NCBI GenBank assembly: GCA_030704615.1
Contig: CM060731.1
Coordinates: 91,636,001-91,700,000, forward strand
DNA length: 64,000 nucleotides
Source of the DNA: Takakia lepidozioides
Taxonomy: Eukaryota > Plantae > Bryophyta
Direction of reading: 5' to 3'
Position numbers and translations under genes: made by a program. Below, in pieces: positions 48,801 through 60,700 of this stretch. Every line of letters starts with the position of its first letter. The stretch's first letter is position 1. The notes beneath the pieces were generated by a model. It saw only the letters and a program-made list of their open reading frames with translations, was not told the origin of the DNA and made no database searches.

Positions 48801-49271
48801 ATGGCATGCCAGGATCCCAGCAACTGCCCAAACAAGCATCTCACCCCGTGGGACTTCTCACCCGAATCAGGGGATATTCTCATATACCTGCAGGATTGGA
48901 TAGACCACTCTCAGCAAAGGAGGGTGCACCTGTCCGCTCTTGAGTACCTTCCTGGTCTCCACGATCAGCTTCGCCGGGACGGGCCTGCGTGGCTTTGGTG
49001 CCTGCGAATCGTTGATCTGCAGTTTCCGCCAGCATGGGACATCCCCAAAAGCCGCACGGCCTTCCTACATCATTGGAGGTGTTGCCAGTGGGCCTATGAG
49101 GATTGCATCGGGTGTACGTACATGCCAGAGAGGATTCCATCGCAAACAGTGTATGGGGACATTCTCATAAGCTACGAGGATGAGTCCTATGGACATAGAG
49201 TCTCCACAGCAAAGATCTCGATTTACGATGGTGCATATATCGGAGGAGATGACATCGTTGTCCACCCATGA
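48801..49271 (+). CDS. 156-aa ORF of unknown function between two palindrome arrays
   Basis: Intact, non-repetitive ATG ORF preceded by a TATATTAAA-like box (~48621); not present in copy 1. Confidence 0.5.
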   Translation: MACQDPSNCPNKHLTPWDFSPESGDILIYLQDWIDHSQQRRVHLSALEYLPGLHDQLRRDGPAWLWCLRIVDLQFPPAWDIPKSRTAFLHHWRCCQWAYEDCIGCTYMPERIPSQTVYGDILISYEDESYGHRVSTAKISIYDGAYIGGDDIVVHP

Positions 49272-49279
49272 GGTGGACC

Positions 49280-49670
49280 GACTTACTTGCAGGATGAAAA
49301 TTCGGCGCCGGTTTTCCATCCTGCAGCGCTCCGGTTACTTCCAAGATGGAAATTTGGCGCCAGTTTTCCATCCGGCCGCGCTCCCGCTTGGGTTTTCCAT
49401 CCTGCAGCGCTCCAGTTTACCTGCAGGATGGAAATTCGGCGCCGGTTTCCCATCCGGCCGCGCTCCCGCTTGCCTGCAGGATGGAAATTCGGCGCGGGTT
49501 TTTCATCCTGCAGCGCTCCGGTTTACCTGCAGGATGGAAATCCGGCGCCGGTTTTCCATCCGGCTGCTTCTGGATGAGAACGTCTCGGGCGGAGGGAGGG
49601 CCACGGTGCGTCCCACTTCATCCGCTGAATGGAAATTCGGCACCGTTTTTTTCCATCCAGCGGGTTGTTG
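49280..49670. repeat. Array of GGATGGAAATTCGGCGCCGGTTTTCCATCC variants
   Basis: About 6 copies. Confidence 0.85.
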
Positions 49671-49989
49671 ATGAAGTCTCGGGGGGAGGGTGGGCCAGGT
49701 GGCACCGGTGGGTGACCTCCATACCTACATTTAAGGGCGCAGTTGCGCATTAAATATCCTCCGCCGTCTGTTTTGAACTGGACGTTCCACACGGATACCG
49801 CGCTTGCTTCCCGGATACGCCTTCGACACCTGATGTGACGGGTGGATGAAGTTCCATTCGAGGCATGTACGCACGCATTCTGCGGGAGATTTTTTCTTTT
49901 ACTCGGACTTATGCCGCGTGGAGAAGGGCGTAGCTCTCTTGAGAGAAACCCCACATCCAGACCGCGTCGCAAACTGAAGCCTTTGTACT

Positions 49990-52103
49990 ACGGGCGGCAA
50001 TGCCGACCAGCCGAACGGCGACAAAGCGGCAACGCGCCTTCTGTACAGGTACATACGTGTTGCCTTTCTTTGATCCGTGGCCATTGTAGTCCCTACATTT
50101 CCAGGATGTAAGTTGTCTTATGTGGCGCATGAAAATTAGTTGTGAATCCCCTAGAAAAATGGCGCCGAATTTCCTGTTTCCAGCCATGGAACGGATGGCT
50201 AAGCCCCGGGGGTGGCTGGCACAGTCTGGAAATTCGGCGCCATTTTTCCAGTTCCGGGTCTAGTCAGTTCTGGGACTTAGCCATTTTCGGACCCTGTACT
50301 GGAAAAATGGCGCCATTTTTCCAGTACAGGGTCCAAAAATGGCTAAGTCCCTGGGGCGGATGGCACATATTTTGGAAATTCGGCGCCATTTTTCCAGTTC
50401 CGGGCCCAGTCATTTCTGGGACTTAGCCATTTTTGGACCCTGTACTGGAAAAATGGCGCCATTTTTCCAGTACAGAGTCCAAAAATGGCTAAGTCCCTGA
50501 GGCGGATGGCACATATTCTGGAAATTCGGCGCCATTTTTCCAGTTCCGGGCCCAGTCATTTCTGGGACTTAGCCATTTTCGGACCCTGTACTGGAAAAAT
50601 GGCGCAATTTTTCCAGTACAAGGTCCAAAAATGGCTAAGTCCCTGGGGCGGATGGCACATATTCTGGAAATTCAGCGCCATTTTTCCAGTTCCGGGCCCA
50701 GTCAGATCTGGGACTTAGCCATTTTCGGACCCAGTCTGGAAAAATGGATGTGATTTTGTCTGTGTTTTTTGAATGCAGGTACTGTAAGTTCTCCCTGTTG
50801 GAGAAAGGTCATCTGTCCTTCCAGCCGCCATTCTTCCTCGCATGGAGGAACCCTGGAGCTGACTCCATGTACACTGACGTTATCGTGAAGGAGTGGCATC
50901 TGGAGCATTTGCGCGACTGCCCTTGGTATGTGGACCTTCCGCCCGGCTCCCTCGACTCATCCGAGTTCCAATTGAAGCTGGATGCGGAGGCCCGACAAAA
51001 CCGGGCTCCGCTGCCTCCGCTGGGTCCAAAGGAGGCGAAAGCGCTTGCGAAGTCCAAGAAAGCGGCAGAGCTTGCTCAGGCAGGTATTCAGGAGAAATTG
51101 AATGAGAAGAATAAAGGACAAATGAAAAGGACACGGAAACATGGGAGTAAAGTAACCCCCAAAAAACAGAAAACCACCGGGGCACCAGAGGAGGCGCAGG
51201 AGGGGCCCCAAGGGAGTGACTCCAACGACGACTTTGTGCAAGGTCTTGCGACTGCTGCTGCTGCTACCAAGTCACCGGTCGTCCGGGTTCCCAGGTCAGT
51301 TTGGACTGGGACTGGCTCTACCAAGAAGTTGGCATTTGAGGGCGAGCCTATACGGCGGTATTCGGTGGTGATGTTTCCGCAAAGGCCAAAGCTAGAATCC
51401 CCAACTATCATCCAATGCGTCAATGAGAGCTTTCTTGACGCTCTGGCTGCCAAGGCGAAGAAGGTGGCACACAACAAGTCTCTGGAGGAGCTGAAGGGGA
51501 AAGCCAAGAAGAGGGCTGCTGCTACAGAGCCTAAAGACACCCCTGGTTTGGAAGCCATGATGGAATTCTTCACGGCTGTGAGCACGGATTGCAAGAGCAC
51601 TCGGGGGGGGGGGGTTTGAGGTGGAGAGAGCCTGCGAAAAGATTCTCCTCGATATTCCAGATGGGGAGCTGCTGGAGGGCTTGGATGGTGTGCCCACCTG
51701 GAACAGGTTTACGGAGGACTACTGGAGAGCCGGGTTTGGGCTGGCGGGGATGCTCCTGGATGACGGTGGATGTATGGTGGTCCTTGCCACAAGAGGGAAG
51801 ACCACAGAGAATGTTGTGGCAAGGTGGACACCCAAAAGTGTCACCCCGGTCCTCCTGAAAAAATGGTTCTGCATCAATACGCAGGGGTTGCGAATAGTGG
51901 GCCAGAGTGTAAGTTATCAATCTATTGCATTCACTTCATATTGTGGTGTATCTAAACTAGACCCTGGAGTGGATCCCTCTTTTGTTGGATGTGCAGACAT
52001 TGGTGTTTGAGGCATATTGTTTTGTGAAGAGAGGGTCTACGTTCAAATTCCGCAATGACGGTCGTCTTGTTGATGCCGTTGTGGACCCTGTTACCTATGA
52101 TGT
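49990..52103 (+). pseudogene. Cargo methyltransferase-like gene of copy 2, truncated at both ends
   Basis: DQPNGDKAATRLLYRYIR; YCKFSLLEKGHLSF..WYVDLPP; KILLDIPDG..YWRAGFGLAGMLLDDGG; breaks after VDPVTYD. Confidence 0.85.
50150..50745. repeat. Intronic tandem array, ~4 x 146 bp, two GGCGCC-centred palindromes per unit
   Basis: GGAAATTC(G/A)GCGCC at 50228, 50374, 50520 and 50666; donor GTAAGT at 50108; acceptor TGCAG at ~50778. Confidence 0.9.
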
Positions 52104-54003
52104 AACATAGGTCCGTAACATAGTTCTTCACCATTGGGTCCTCGCCCTTGGTCTGTTCTTGGATTATTTCTGTAATCGTGATTCCCGGGCTGGTAATTCC
52201 CCCTTGGATTACCCTGATAGTTGCCTCTGGAATTTCCTTGGTAATTCCCTCTTGAATTACCTCTCCCTTCCATGCCATTGTTATAACCACCAGACCTACC
52301 ATAGTGGTCCTGATCATTGTTTCTTCTTGGCTGGGGCTGCACCTGATGCACCCTTACTTGCCTAGGTTCTCTTGCAGCTGTCCTTCTGTTGTAGTAACAA
52401 TTCTCAGTAGAATGGTTATCCATTTTACAGATAGTACAGTGTTTCTCCTTCATGTGGCATTCTGTGGTGGTATGGCCTTCATTCTGGCACTTTGCACACC
52501 AAACACCCTTCCTCCAATGTGTTGCAGCCTCTGTGGCATACTTCTTCAAGATTTCTTCCAATCTTTTTTCATAGTTATCCCTCTTCAGCTTCTCCTTTCT
52601 CTTACTCTTCCTTTTTAGTTCTTGCTCTTCTTCTTCATCTGACTCATCCTCAGAGTCCTCATCATCCCTTTTCTCTCTCCTGAGCATTCCCAATTGCTCA
52701 ATTCTGTTTGCAGTTTCAAATGCCTCCTCCACTGTATTATGGGGTAACATATCCACTTTCTTTTGCAACTCTGGTCTTAGTCCACTCACAAACCAAGTCT
52801 TCTGTAAACCGGGTGCTGGTACTGCAGCCAGCTTTTTCATCATCAATTCCATCTTTTCCATATACTCCTCAACAGTTTCATGCTTCTTTTGCTTTAACTG
52901 TTGTAAACTTCCATACACTTCATCCTCAGTTTTACTTGTCCTGAACCTATTTCGAAATGCTGTATTCAAGCCATTCCAGGTTAGGAAATGATTATCAGGG
53001 AATCTTGCATACCATTCACTTGCTTTCTTGATAAGTGAACAAGGAAACAATCTCATCTTGGCATCATCGCCATACTCATTGTTCACTATACACATGTGCT
53101 CAAATTGGCTAATGTGTACATCGGGATCCCTTTTTCCTGAATATATTGGAAAGGGTGGTTTTGCCCGTGCTGGTTGTAACGTCATCTGTGGCTCTGCCCA
53201 CTGACAGGTGCTGACACCCTTGCTGGTGCTGGTCCTTGAGGACCTGTTGTTTTTGTGGTGGATCTTCCACCAAGTGGTGGCCCTTGAGCACTCCCTGCTC
53301 CTGGCCCCACGATATTCTCAGTATTCCCAGCTTCAGTTGCACTACTTCCCACACTCTCTGTCCCCCCAGAGCCAGATCCAGGCCGTCCGCCTGATCCCCC
53401 TGAGCCGACACCTTCGTTGGCCTGTGATCCAAGTGCTCCACTTGATCCAGGTCCAACGGGTTGGGATGTCTTGGTTGTAGTCTCAACCTCAGCTGTTGGG
53501 TCTACATACTCTTCCTCTTCCAATTTCTTCTCCCTGTTTTCATCCTCCAAGTTCTGTCCTTGGGTTTCTTCTTCACTCATGTAACTCAACTGCAATGGTG
53601 TTGGAGAGCCTGAACTCTCCGTTGGTTCTGCCACATCCTCTCTTCCTTCTTCACCTTCCGCTTCAGAAACTAGAGTTCCTGCTTTTGGTGTTCCATGCCA
53701 ACTCTTATCAAAGATTTCTGTCAAATCTTTTATCCAGGGATGTACCTCAGATCTTTCACCTCATGATTGATCTTCTTTCCGTATCAATTCCCTTAATCTT
53801 TCTTGCAAAGAAACAGAAGGAGTGGCATCCAACTCTAGTTCTTCCGGTATGGGTGATGTACTCTTTGATCTTAATGGTGTGAGAGGTCCAGATGATTCCC
53901 CTATGTCTATTCCTCTCTCCCAAAGATATGGATAATTAGCTTTCAGATAGCTTTCTCTTTTTGCTGAAAATCTCTGGCGTCTAGCTTCTCTTTCATCACT
54001 CAT
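52104..54003 (-). pseudogene. gag: gag with an acidic/Gly-rich N-terminal extension and tandem CCHC knuckles
   Basis: FPIYSGKRDPDVHISQF..LFPCSL..ASEWY..TW..F..RF; LKQKKHETVEEY; FVSGLRPEL; CAKCQNEGHTTTEC; CTICKMDNHSTENC. Confidence 0.88.
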
Positions 54004-54025
54004 GTCCCATGTCTTTCATTTCTTT

Positions 54026-54721
54026 TTAATGTGGCAATAACCAAAACTCTCTTCTGTAATACCTCTCGTATATGCCTGGGTTTCTTTCAAGCTTCAATGC
54101 ACCCTTGGCTATACTTGAAGTCTCCGTTACCATATAACCATATGGCAAACAAGTCTGAAAAGCTGTTCTTGGTGTGAGTTTGATCCACAAAATATCCTTT
54201 GGAATCCAATTCTTTACCAGTACAAGCTCTTCATGCATATGAGTATAAACATTCACCTTTCTTTCCTCCCAGCCTTCAAACTCTACTCGCTTAATGGATA
54301 GCAATGCTATCACATAAACCAATGTTGGTAACCAACGTGCTCTTCCTCTACAGGCTACCTGATAAATCTTTATCACTCCTTTCTCCAGACCCCATTCCGG
54401 ATCAGCATCATGCACTCGCTTAAGAATATTTTCTTTACAACCGTCTGGCAATTCCAAGAACCTTTGAAAGAATTGTTTGGACAATCTTTCTTCCTTCATT
54501 CCACAGGGAATTTGATTCACTTCAAATTCTTTAATGGTCCAACCACCATGATCCCACCAGATGCCTGTCACATCTGGTTGTTCATGACTCAGTTCCCCAG
54601 TATGGTCGCCAAATGTCGCGCGGCTTTTACTCACCCATCCCTTCGCTATCCGAGGCGGAAACTCCAAGATAGAAGAGTTGGAAATCTCTAAGTACTCAGC
54701 CCGCTCAGAACAATCAGTCAT
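54026..54721 (-). CDS. Extra 231-aa ORF upstream of gag, unknown function
   Basis: Intact ATG ORF co-oriented with gag. Confidence 0.55.
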   Translation of the reverse strand: MTDCSERAEYLEISNSSILEFPPRIAKGWVSKSRATFGDHTGELSHEQPDVTGIWWDHGGWTIKEFEVNQIPCGMKEERLSKQFFQRFLELPDGCKENILKRVHDADPEWGLEKGVIKIYQVACRGRARWLPTLVYVIALLSIKRVEFEGWEERKVNVYTHMHEELVLVKNWIPKDILWIKLTPRTAFQTCLPYGYMVTETSSIAKGALKLERNPGIYERYYRREFWLLPH

Positions 54722-55260
54722 GACCTACAGCTAGTGTATCATGGGGGTGTTTCCTATTTGTTTTCCTTTCCGCATTCATGTTAGCTACCTGGCTATTGAT
54801 AATTAAGTATCAGTTTGCTTCATCAATCTATCGGATTCCATCAACTCATCCATTCATTCCACAGCTTCACTCATATCTCTCTACATAGTGTGATTGTATC
54901 GTATAAGTATCAGATTATGATTATCAGGTATCAGGCCGAAGCCATTGTGTCTCTAATCTGCTCTACAATATCACTACAGCTTTGCATATCACAAGCATCT
55001 ACTAATCATCTCTCCTCCTTCACCGTGCTCTCCATCTTTGCTTCCGTTCTTGCTCTCCGCCCGATCCCCTCTCATGTATCACCAAGTAGTCTCCCCGTGA
55101 AGTGTCATCCTTCAGTCCTTACTCCTCCTTTTATCTTCCTACCCGTTGTTCTTAACCGCTTCCCTCACTAACCGTCCCCCTTGAACTACATGTTCCATTC
55201 GTAGATGTTGTTCCCCTCAGTCGTTCCCTGTCCTGCTATCCGTTCCCTATGGTCGTGACA

Positions 55261-55543
55261 GCTGTGTCAAGCTGTGATTGGCTGTGTGAAATTGTGACGG
55301 GCTGTGACTGGCTGTGCGACTGTGTCGGGCTGTGTCGGGCTGTGACTGGCTGTGTGGCTGTGTCGGGCTGTGTCGGGCTGTGTTTGGCTGTGTCGGGCTG
55401 TTACTGGCTGTGTGGCTGTGTAACTCCCCTCTCAAGTGTGTTGCTGTCACCCCTAAGGCTCCTGTTGGTCTCAGTCTGTGCAAAAATTAAGGGTACCCTA
55501 CAGATCCCGTATAAGTGTCTAAGTCCCAGACAGTCCTCTAACA
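55261..55543 (-). repeat. Second copy of the ACAGCC-satellite LTR-like repeat
   Basis: Reverse-complement homology to the repeat starting at 36920. Confidence 0.75.
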
Positions 55544-55583
55544 GATGGAGCAAGCAAAAACCTAGCTGAAAGAAAGGATGGAG

Positions 55584-57682
55584 GAGGTTTACTATTTCAT
55601 GAGCATAAACCATGAGCCATGAGCCATGAGCCGCATGAGCCGCATGAGCGGTGAGCCGAAGTCTAAGATACGCGGATTTCATGAGCGGACTCCTCCAAAT
55701 TTGGAAATGCGGCAGATTAAACAAGTATTAAAATAATAGTTTTTTTTATTTGACCTTGCCGTTTTTGGACGTTCCAGATCATGTAATGCGGCGAAGATAT
55801 GTCGTCAGTAACAAGTCCGCTCATGGTTTTTTAGATCCGCTCATGGAAATAAGTGACCGTGCAACGGGAAATCCAGTATACCACTACAAAAGGACGTCGC
55901 ATACTGGCCTGTATAGAGTATTCCGCGGTTTTACATGCCTTAACATTGGAATGAAGCTGACCCTTTTGCCGCGATTGAACCAATGGAGTCTGCACCAATA
56001 CAGTCTGCAGTACTTCACAATTCTGTCTTCTTCGGGTATTCGGCGGGAAAGGTTTGCAACTGAACTGGGAAATAGGGTGCCGCATTAGGGTTCGCACGTG
56101 CGAAATTTCGGAGCGGTTTGGTGTTGGCGAAGGCTGCCTCTGGGGGTACCTACGACGATACTTGGAAATGCGGCGCCGCATTTCCTTGTCGGAGGTCGAA
56201 TGAGGAAAGCAAGTTTTCGGAAAGCAGAAAACATGAACCCTCCAACATACAAAAATACTGCACGTGGAAACAAGTGAACGATATAGTAATATCTTAGTTC
56301 GAGCAAACAGGTTACTGGTAGGCAAGACATATGTCAGACCTTTGTGTGGCAGAGTCTGAGGTACTGGCAGCAGTACAGTTCTACTATCCGAAAAGGATGG
56401 GCGTACCATTGTATGTGGACCCCGCAAGCCAAGCTCACTGGTCCCCTGGATCCATATTCAGAAGAGTGTGAACCTCCTGGGGGCTCAACCCTGGTGCATG
56501 TATGAAGTGATGAGTTGTGGAATTACAACGGAGTCTCTTTAGGTACACGTAGTACAAATGCTTGCAAGGGCAGTATGATGCCCCCTTGTTCGCCATGATC
56601 TGGAAGTCGGTGCAATTGCAGGTGGGTAATTCTGAAATGGTGATGGTGTACACCTCATTGCAAACAGCTGAGCCCGCCGTGCCATCTGATACCACGCCCG
56701 ATCCTGGTGGGGGCACTTCTGTCGAGAGCTCTGGATTGTACAGTTCATCCGAAGTGCATTCCCCATCCTTTGTCTCGTTCACTTTTGAGGGAGGTCGCCG
56801 CCTCTTCGGTTTCCCCCAACGGTGTGTAGGAGGACTGCTTAGAGCTGTCGTGTCCCATTGTTTTTTGTTCTTTTCTTTGTTGTCTCTCACGAGGGGTCGG
56901 TGGTGGAGGCTGTGGAAGCGGAAATGGTTGTCTGGGGACGTCAGTGCGCTGCACCATCCAAAATCCTCCTGCGGCGGTAAGGGCGTCGGCCTCAACCTGA
57001 CTCAGATCGCAGCCTGGTTCCACCGGCCACACCGGGGGAGCCTCTGGCATTGTTTGTATGCCGTACTTGGGCTTTCCCATACACGCAAGTCATAATGTCG
57101 TGCCTGCAGAACCAGAACTGGGTGGTTGTCGCCTCCGCAAACTTTGCATGGACAAATCTTCCTGTAAAAGTAGGAGCAGGGACAGCCCCATCGGGATTCC
57201 TCCTTATCATCTCTAACAACGTTGCCGTGTATCCACACGAATTGCGGAACACCTTCCTCGAAACGACGGCTTTGTGTCGAGCCAATTCTCCACTGTGTGG
57301 CGACACAGTCGTCTCCTCCACAATGGCTTGGCCATACTGCATAACAGCGGGCGGAATGTGGGGCAAGGGCGGTGGGAATTTGTTTGGCACAAACGAAATC
57401 CCCGGTTGAAGGCGACGGCGATCTGGAATTTCTTGGGCTTTCCACTGCTGGAAGACCATTGTGCGGCAACTGACGGACACGAGGTGCTGTCCGATGTTCC
57501 TGTCGATCTCCAGGAATCCTCTTCGCACCCGGGTTCCTCTTCAATCCTAAATCCTCCGCCTGACAAGGCGAGTCCGGACGTCCCCCTCTATGTGTTCACT
57601 TTGCGGTGCAGAGGCGTCCTTTGATCTTCTCTCGCAATGCTGTCGCCATTTCACTGGATTCTTGGACCTCGAAGCTGTTCGT
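55584..57682 (-). mobile_element. End of a family-C MULE: TIR plus the transposase 3' part, running into the gap
   Basis: GAGGTTTACTATTTCATGAGC at 55584; subterminal CATGAGCC repeats; degraded transposase 56435-57682 with FWFCRHDIMTCV and SWIM CNCTDF..CPCKHLYY. Confidence 0.88.
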
Positions 57683-58182
57683 NNNNNNNNNNNNNNNNNN
57701 NNNNNNNNNNNNNNNNNNNNNNNNNNNNNNNNNNNNNNNNNNNNNNNNNNNNNNNNNNNNNNNNNNNNNNNNNNNNNNNNNNNNNNNNNNNNNNNNNNNN
57801 NNNNNNNNNNNNNNNNNNNNNNNNNNNNNNNNNNNNNNNNNNNNNNNNNNNNNNNNNNNNNNNNNNNNNNNNNNNNNNNNNNNNNNNNNNNNNNNNNNNN
57901 NNNNNNNNNNNNNNNNNNNNNNNNNNNNNNNNNNNNNNNNNNNNNNNNNNNNNNNNNNNNNNNNNNNNNNNNNNNNNNNNNNNNNNNNNNNNNNNNNNNN
58001 NNNNNNNNNNNNNNNNNNNNNNNNNNNNNNNNNNNNNNNNNNNNNNNNNNNNNNNNNNNNNNNNNNNNNNNNNNNNNNNNNNNNNNNNNNNNNNNNNNNN
58101 NNNNNNNNNNNNNNNNNNNNNNNNNNNNNNNNNNNNNNNNNNNNNNNNNNNNNNNNNNNNNNNNNNNNNNNNNNNNNNNNNN
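57683..58182. other. Assembly gap (500 N)
   Basis: Run of N. Confidence 1.
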
Positions 58183-58259
58183 AAAAATCATCCCTCTTCA
58201 ATATCTCATTGTTTGATGTTTCATCTTCCCACTCTCATACATATTATTAAACCATTCGG

Positions 58260-58850
58260 GTGCATTATTTTTGTGGAAATGGCACGTCTAACAGACCATG
58301 TTCTTCCACGCCCATGTCCTCACCAAGCAAGGAGGACTATTCAGATTGCGTGATTCTGGCAAAGTTGTGGACCCCCTTGCAGACCCTGTTGAGTTGGATG
58401 CCATCTACAACCACATTCCAGATGTTGCACTACCATGCAAACTCCTCAACAAGCCTGGAGGGGTGCGCGAGACCGTAGTCCCGCCTTCATGCAAGTGTTG
58501 TTGGAGACATGCTCACCTCTTGGCTCCCGCATTTTGGATCTCACAGCTGGCACAGGTTTGCATTGGTCTCCATTTTGTAATTAAAATCTTCTGAGCTGAT
58601 TCATGATCATTAACTGTTATCCGATATAATATCATCATTGCATGTTTTTTTCCTGCAGGTTCTACATTTATTGCTGCCCGCGAGTCTGGACGTCACGTAT
58701 TTGGTCTTGAGGGGGACCAGATGTTGTATGCAACACGTCTCTCTGCATTTCAAAATACTCAACCTGTTTTGGTTTCATCTGTGGTAACTCCAACCATTCA
58801 ACGTCCTGTGAGTTTGTTGGAACCCCCACTCCTAAGGTGGCGTGCAAGCT
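58260..58850 (+). pseudogene. C-terminal SAM-binding half of a third, divergent beta-class DNA methyltransferase-like gene
   Basis: FRLRDSGKVVDPLADPVELDAIYNHIP..(frameshift)KPWRGARDRSPAFMQVLLETCSPLGSRILDLTAGT|intron ~58556-58658|GSTFIAARESGRHVFGLEGD resembles the canonical VLDPFxGSGTTxxAAxxxGRxxxGxExD. Confidence 0.85.
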
Positions 58851-60700
58851 TGGTCTTCATCTCGGCAGTACTTCCTAGTGAGTATGTCTCGCCTCCATTC
58901 CCTTTGTTGCAATCTCTATATTATTTGCAAAGCAAACCATTCCCATTTGATTTGTTAACATAAGTATACATGTATGTGTGATGCAGTGATGGGATTGTGT
59001 GGACCATCTACGATAGTCTACCCCAAAGTCTTCTTTCATCATTTTATCTATCTTTGTATGCCGAGTCCCAAGCTTTGCATTCAATACATCAACAACGTGA
59101 TGTAGGTCTTTCCAATGATTTGTTGTTTGACCAAAGAGGAGCTATTGTTGGACAATCCGTGGATAGGTTGCGTAGAGTTGAGGCTTTCATGGATGTGTTT
59201 TGAAGTATCAGCTGATGATGTTATGTAGGTAATTAGGTTATTTTTTATGATACATGTATTTCTCTCTAGTGTAAGGTAAAACAAATGGGGCAAATGAATG
59301 GTTTTGAATCAGATTCATGTTATTTTCCTGTCATTTGATTTATCTATGTAATAGTTTGTACATAGATCTCTACTAACTGCATTTTCATAGATCCCTTTAC
59401 CTGAATGCAAGTTCGACATGCACTTCAGCACTATCAAATTTCATCATTAGTAAAGATCATCCCTTATGAGTATTGTGGCTGTTATGTACACACGAGGTGA
59501 CTATCTTTATCATCTCATAGTGTTTCATTTCATTAGTGTTTCAAGTTTGAATTGGTAGTATAGTGGTATGACTAGGCTTGATACCCGATAGGTTGTGGGG
59601 TTCTATCTCTGATGGACATTATGTTTTTGTAAAATAAAAATGTTTCAGAAGATAGATATATAGATACTGCAAAACCTATGTAACAAGATTAAATGGTGGT
59701 GGTTTGGTAAGGATTATGTTTTTTAAGTTATGAGATTGCGGGTTCGATTACCAATCAATAGTCTTTTTTGTAAAATATAATTCCCTTGCGGGCCATCGCC
59801 ATTTACTACCCAAATGCGCAGGCGGACCATCTCCATCACATTGTCAAGCTCCCTAGCATTCCCCTGAGCATTGCTCCATTCTGAACTTCAAACTAGACTC
59901 CCACCATTGGAAGATCTTCACCATTTGTATCTAACAAGGAGCCGTGCCTCGTCACTTTTTAATTTTTCGACCTTTTTTCTCATGTTGGAAAGCCATAAAC
60001 ACATGTTCCTCTCCCATTCCACACTCACCCATGTGGAATAATCTACAATGAATATAGAATATTCTATATAGAATATTCTTATTTCATCCTTTGATATTTT
60101 GCCTATGGACCCTAAGATTAGATGAATCACATTTATTTATTTATTTTTGGGTACCCTTATTTAAGTGTTGTGCATATAAAATTGTTCCTAAGCATATCTA
60201 AAATTTGTATGCACGCATACATTCCTCCATATGCATGCATTTGTGTGCGCATGTAGTATAGGCTACCTCCTCTCTCCCCTCTACATTCCATGGTACCTCT
60301 CTCTCTATACAGCGTAGCTACGGCGTGAGCCCAGCCCCGTGAGTCTGGGAGCTGAGCTCACGTTGTAGCTGCACAGCGTGAGCGACACAAATCTGCTGGA
60401 GAAGCAGGTCCTATAGGCGAGGATTGCAGGAAGAGGGCCTATTACCGTGGACAAAACAAAGGGGGCCACCATGCACCATGTCTGCAATGCCTGCACAAAA
60501 AGAGGAATATGAAAATATGGCAGATTTGAGCTCAGAATGATTGACACACTTTATTTCAATTCACAGATAGACGCTTACAATGAATGGCATGTGCATTTGC
60601 CCTGGTTCCGTGAACGAAATGTATGTGTTTGTCCTAAATGCAAACTCTTCACACGATAACCTGGAAACCAGCATGGGAAGCGGGCATGGCTCGTATGTGT

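Larger units (their letters stand above)
44247..52103 (-). mobile_element. Family-B MULE copy 2, inverted relative to copy 1, internally deleted, other end lost
   Basis: TIR GAGGTTAGCTATTTCATGAGC at 44247; transposase and cargo exons closely similar to copy 1. Confidence 0.9.
52104..55260 (-). mobile_element. 5' half of a Ty3/Gypsy element: probable LTR, extra ORF(s) and gag
   Basis: TGTCACGACC start at 55260 (minus); ORFs 54026-54721, 53761-54003, 53182-53724 and 52091-53185; no canonical PBS seen. Confidence 0.7.

Noticed and set aside
50150-50745. 146-bp period as a nucleosome-positioning signal
   Set aside because: The homologous intron in copy 1 has a 95-bp period, so the length is probably coincidental
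59200-60700. Host gene or tRNA-like sequence (GGTTCGATT near 59741)
   Set aside because: Only a B-box-like fragment; no cloverleaf or convincing exon chain can be supported
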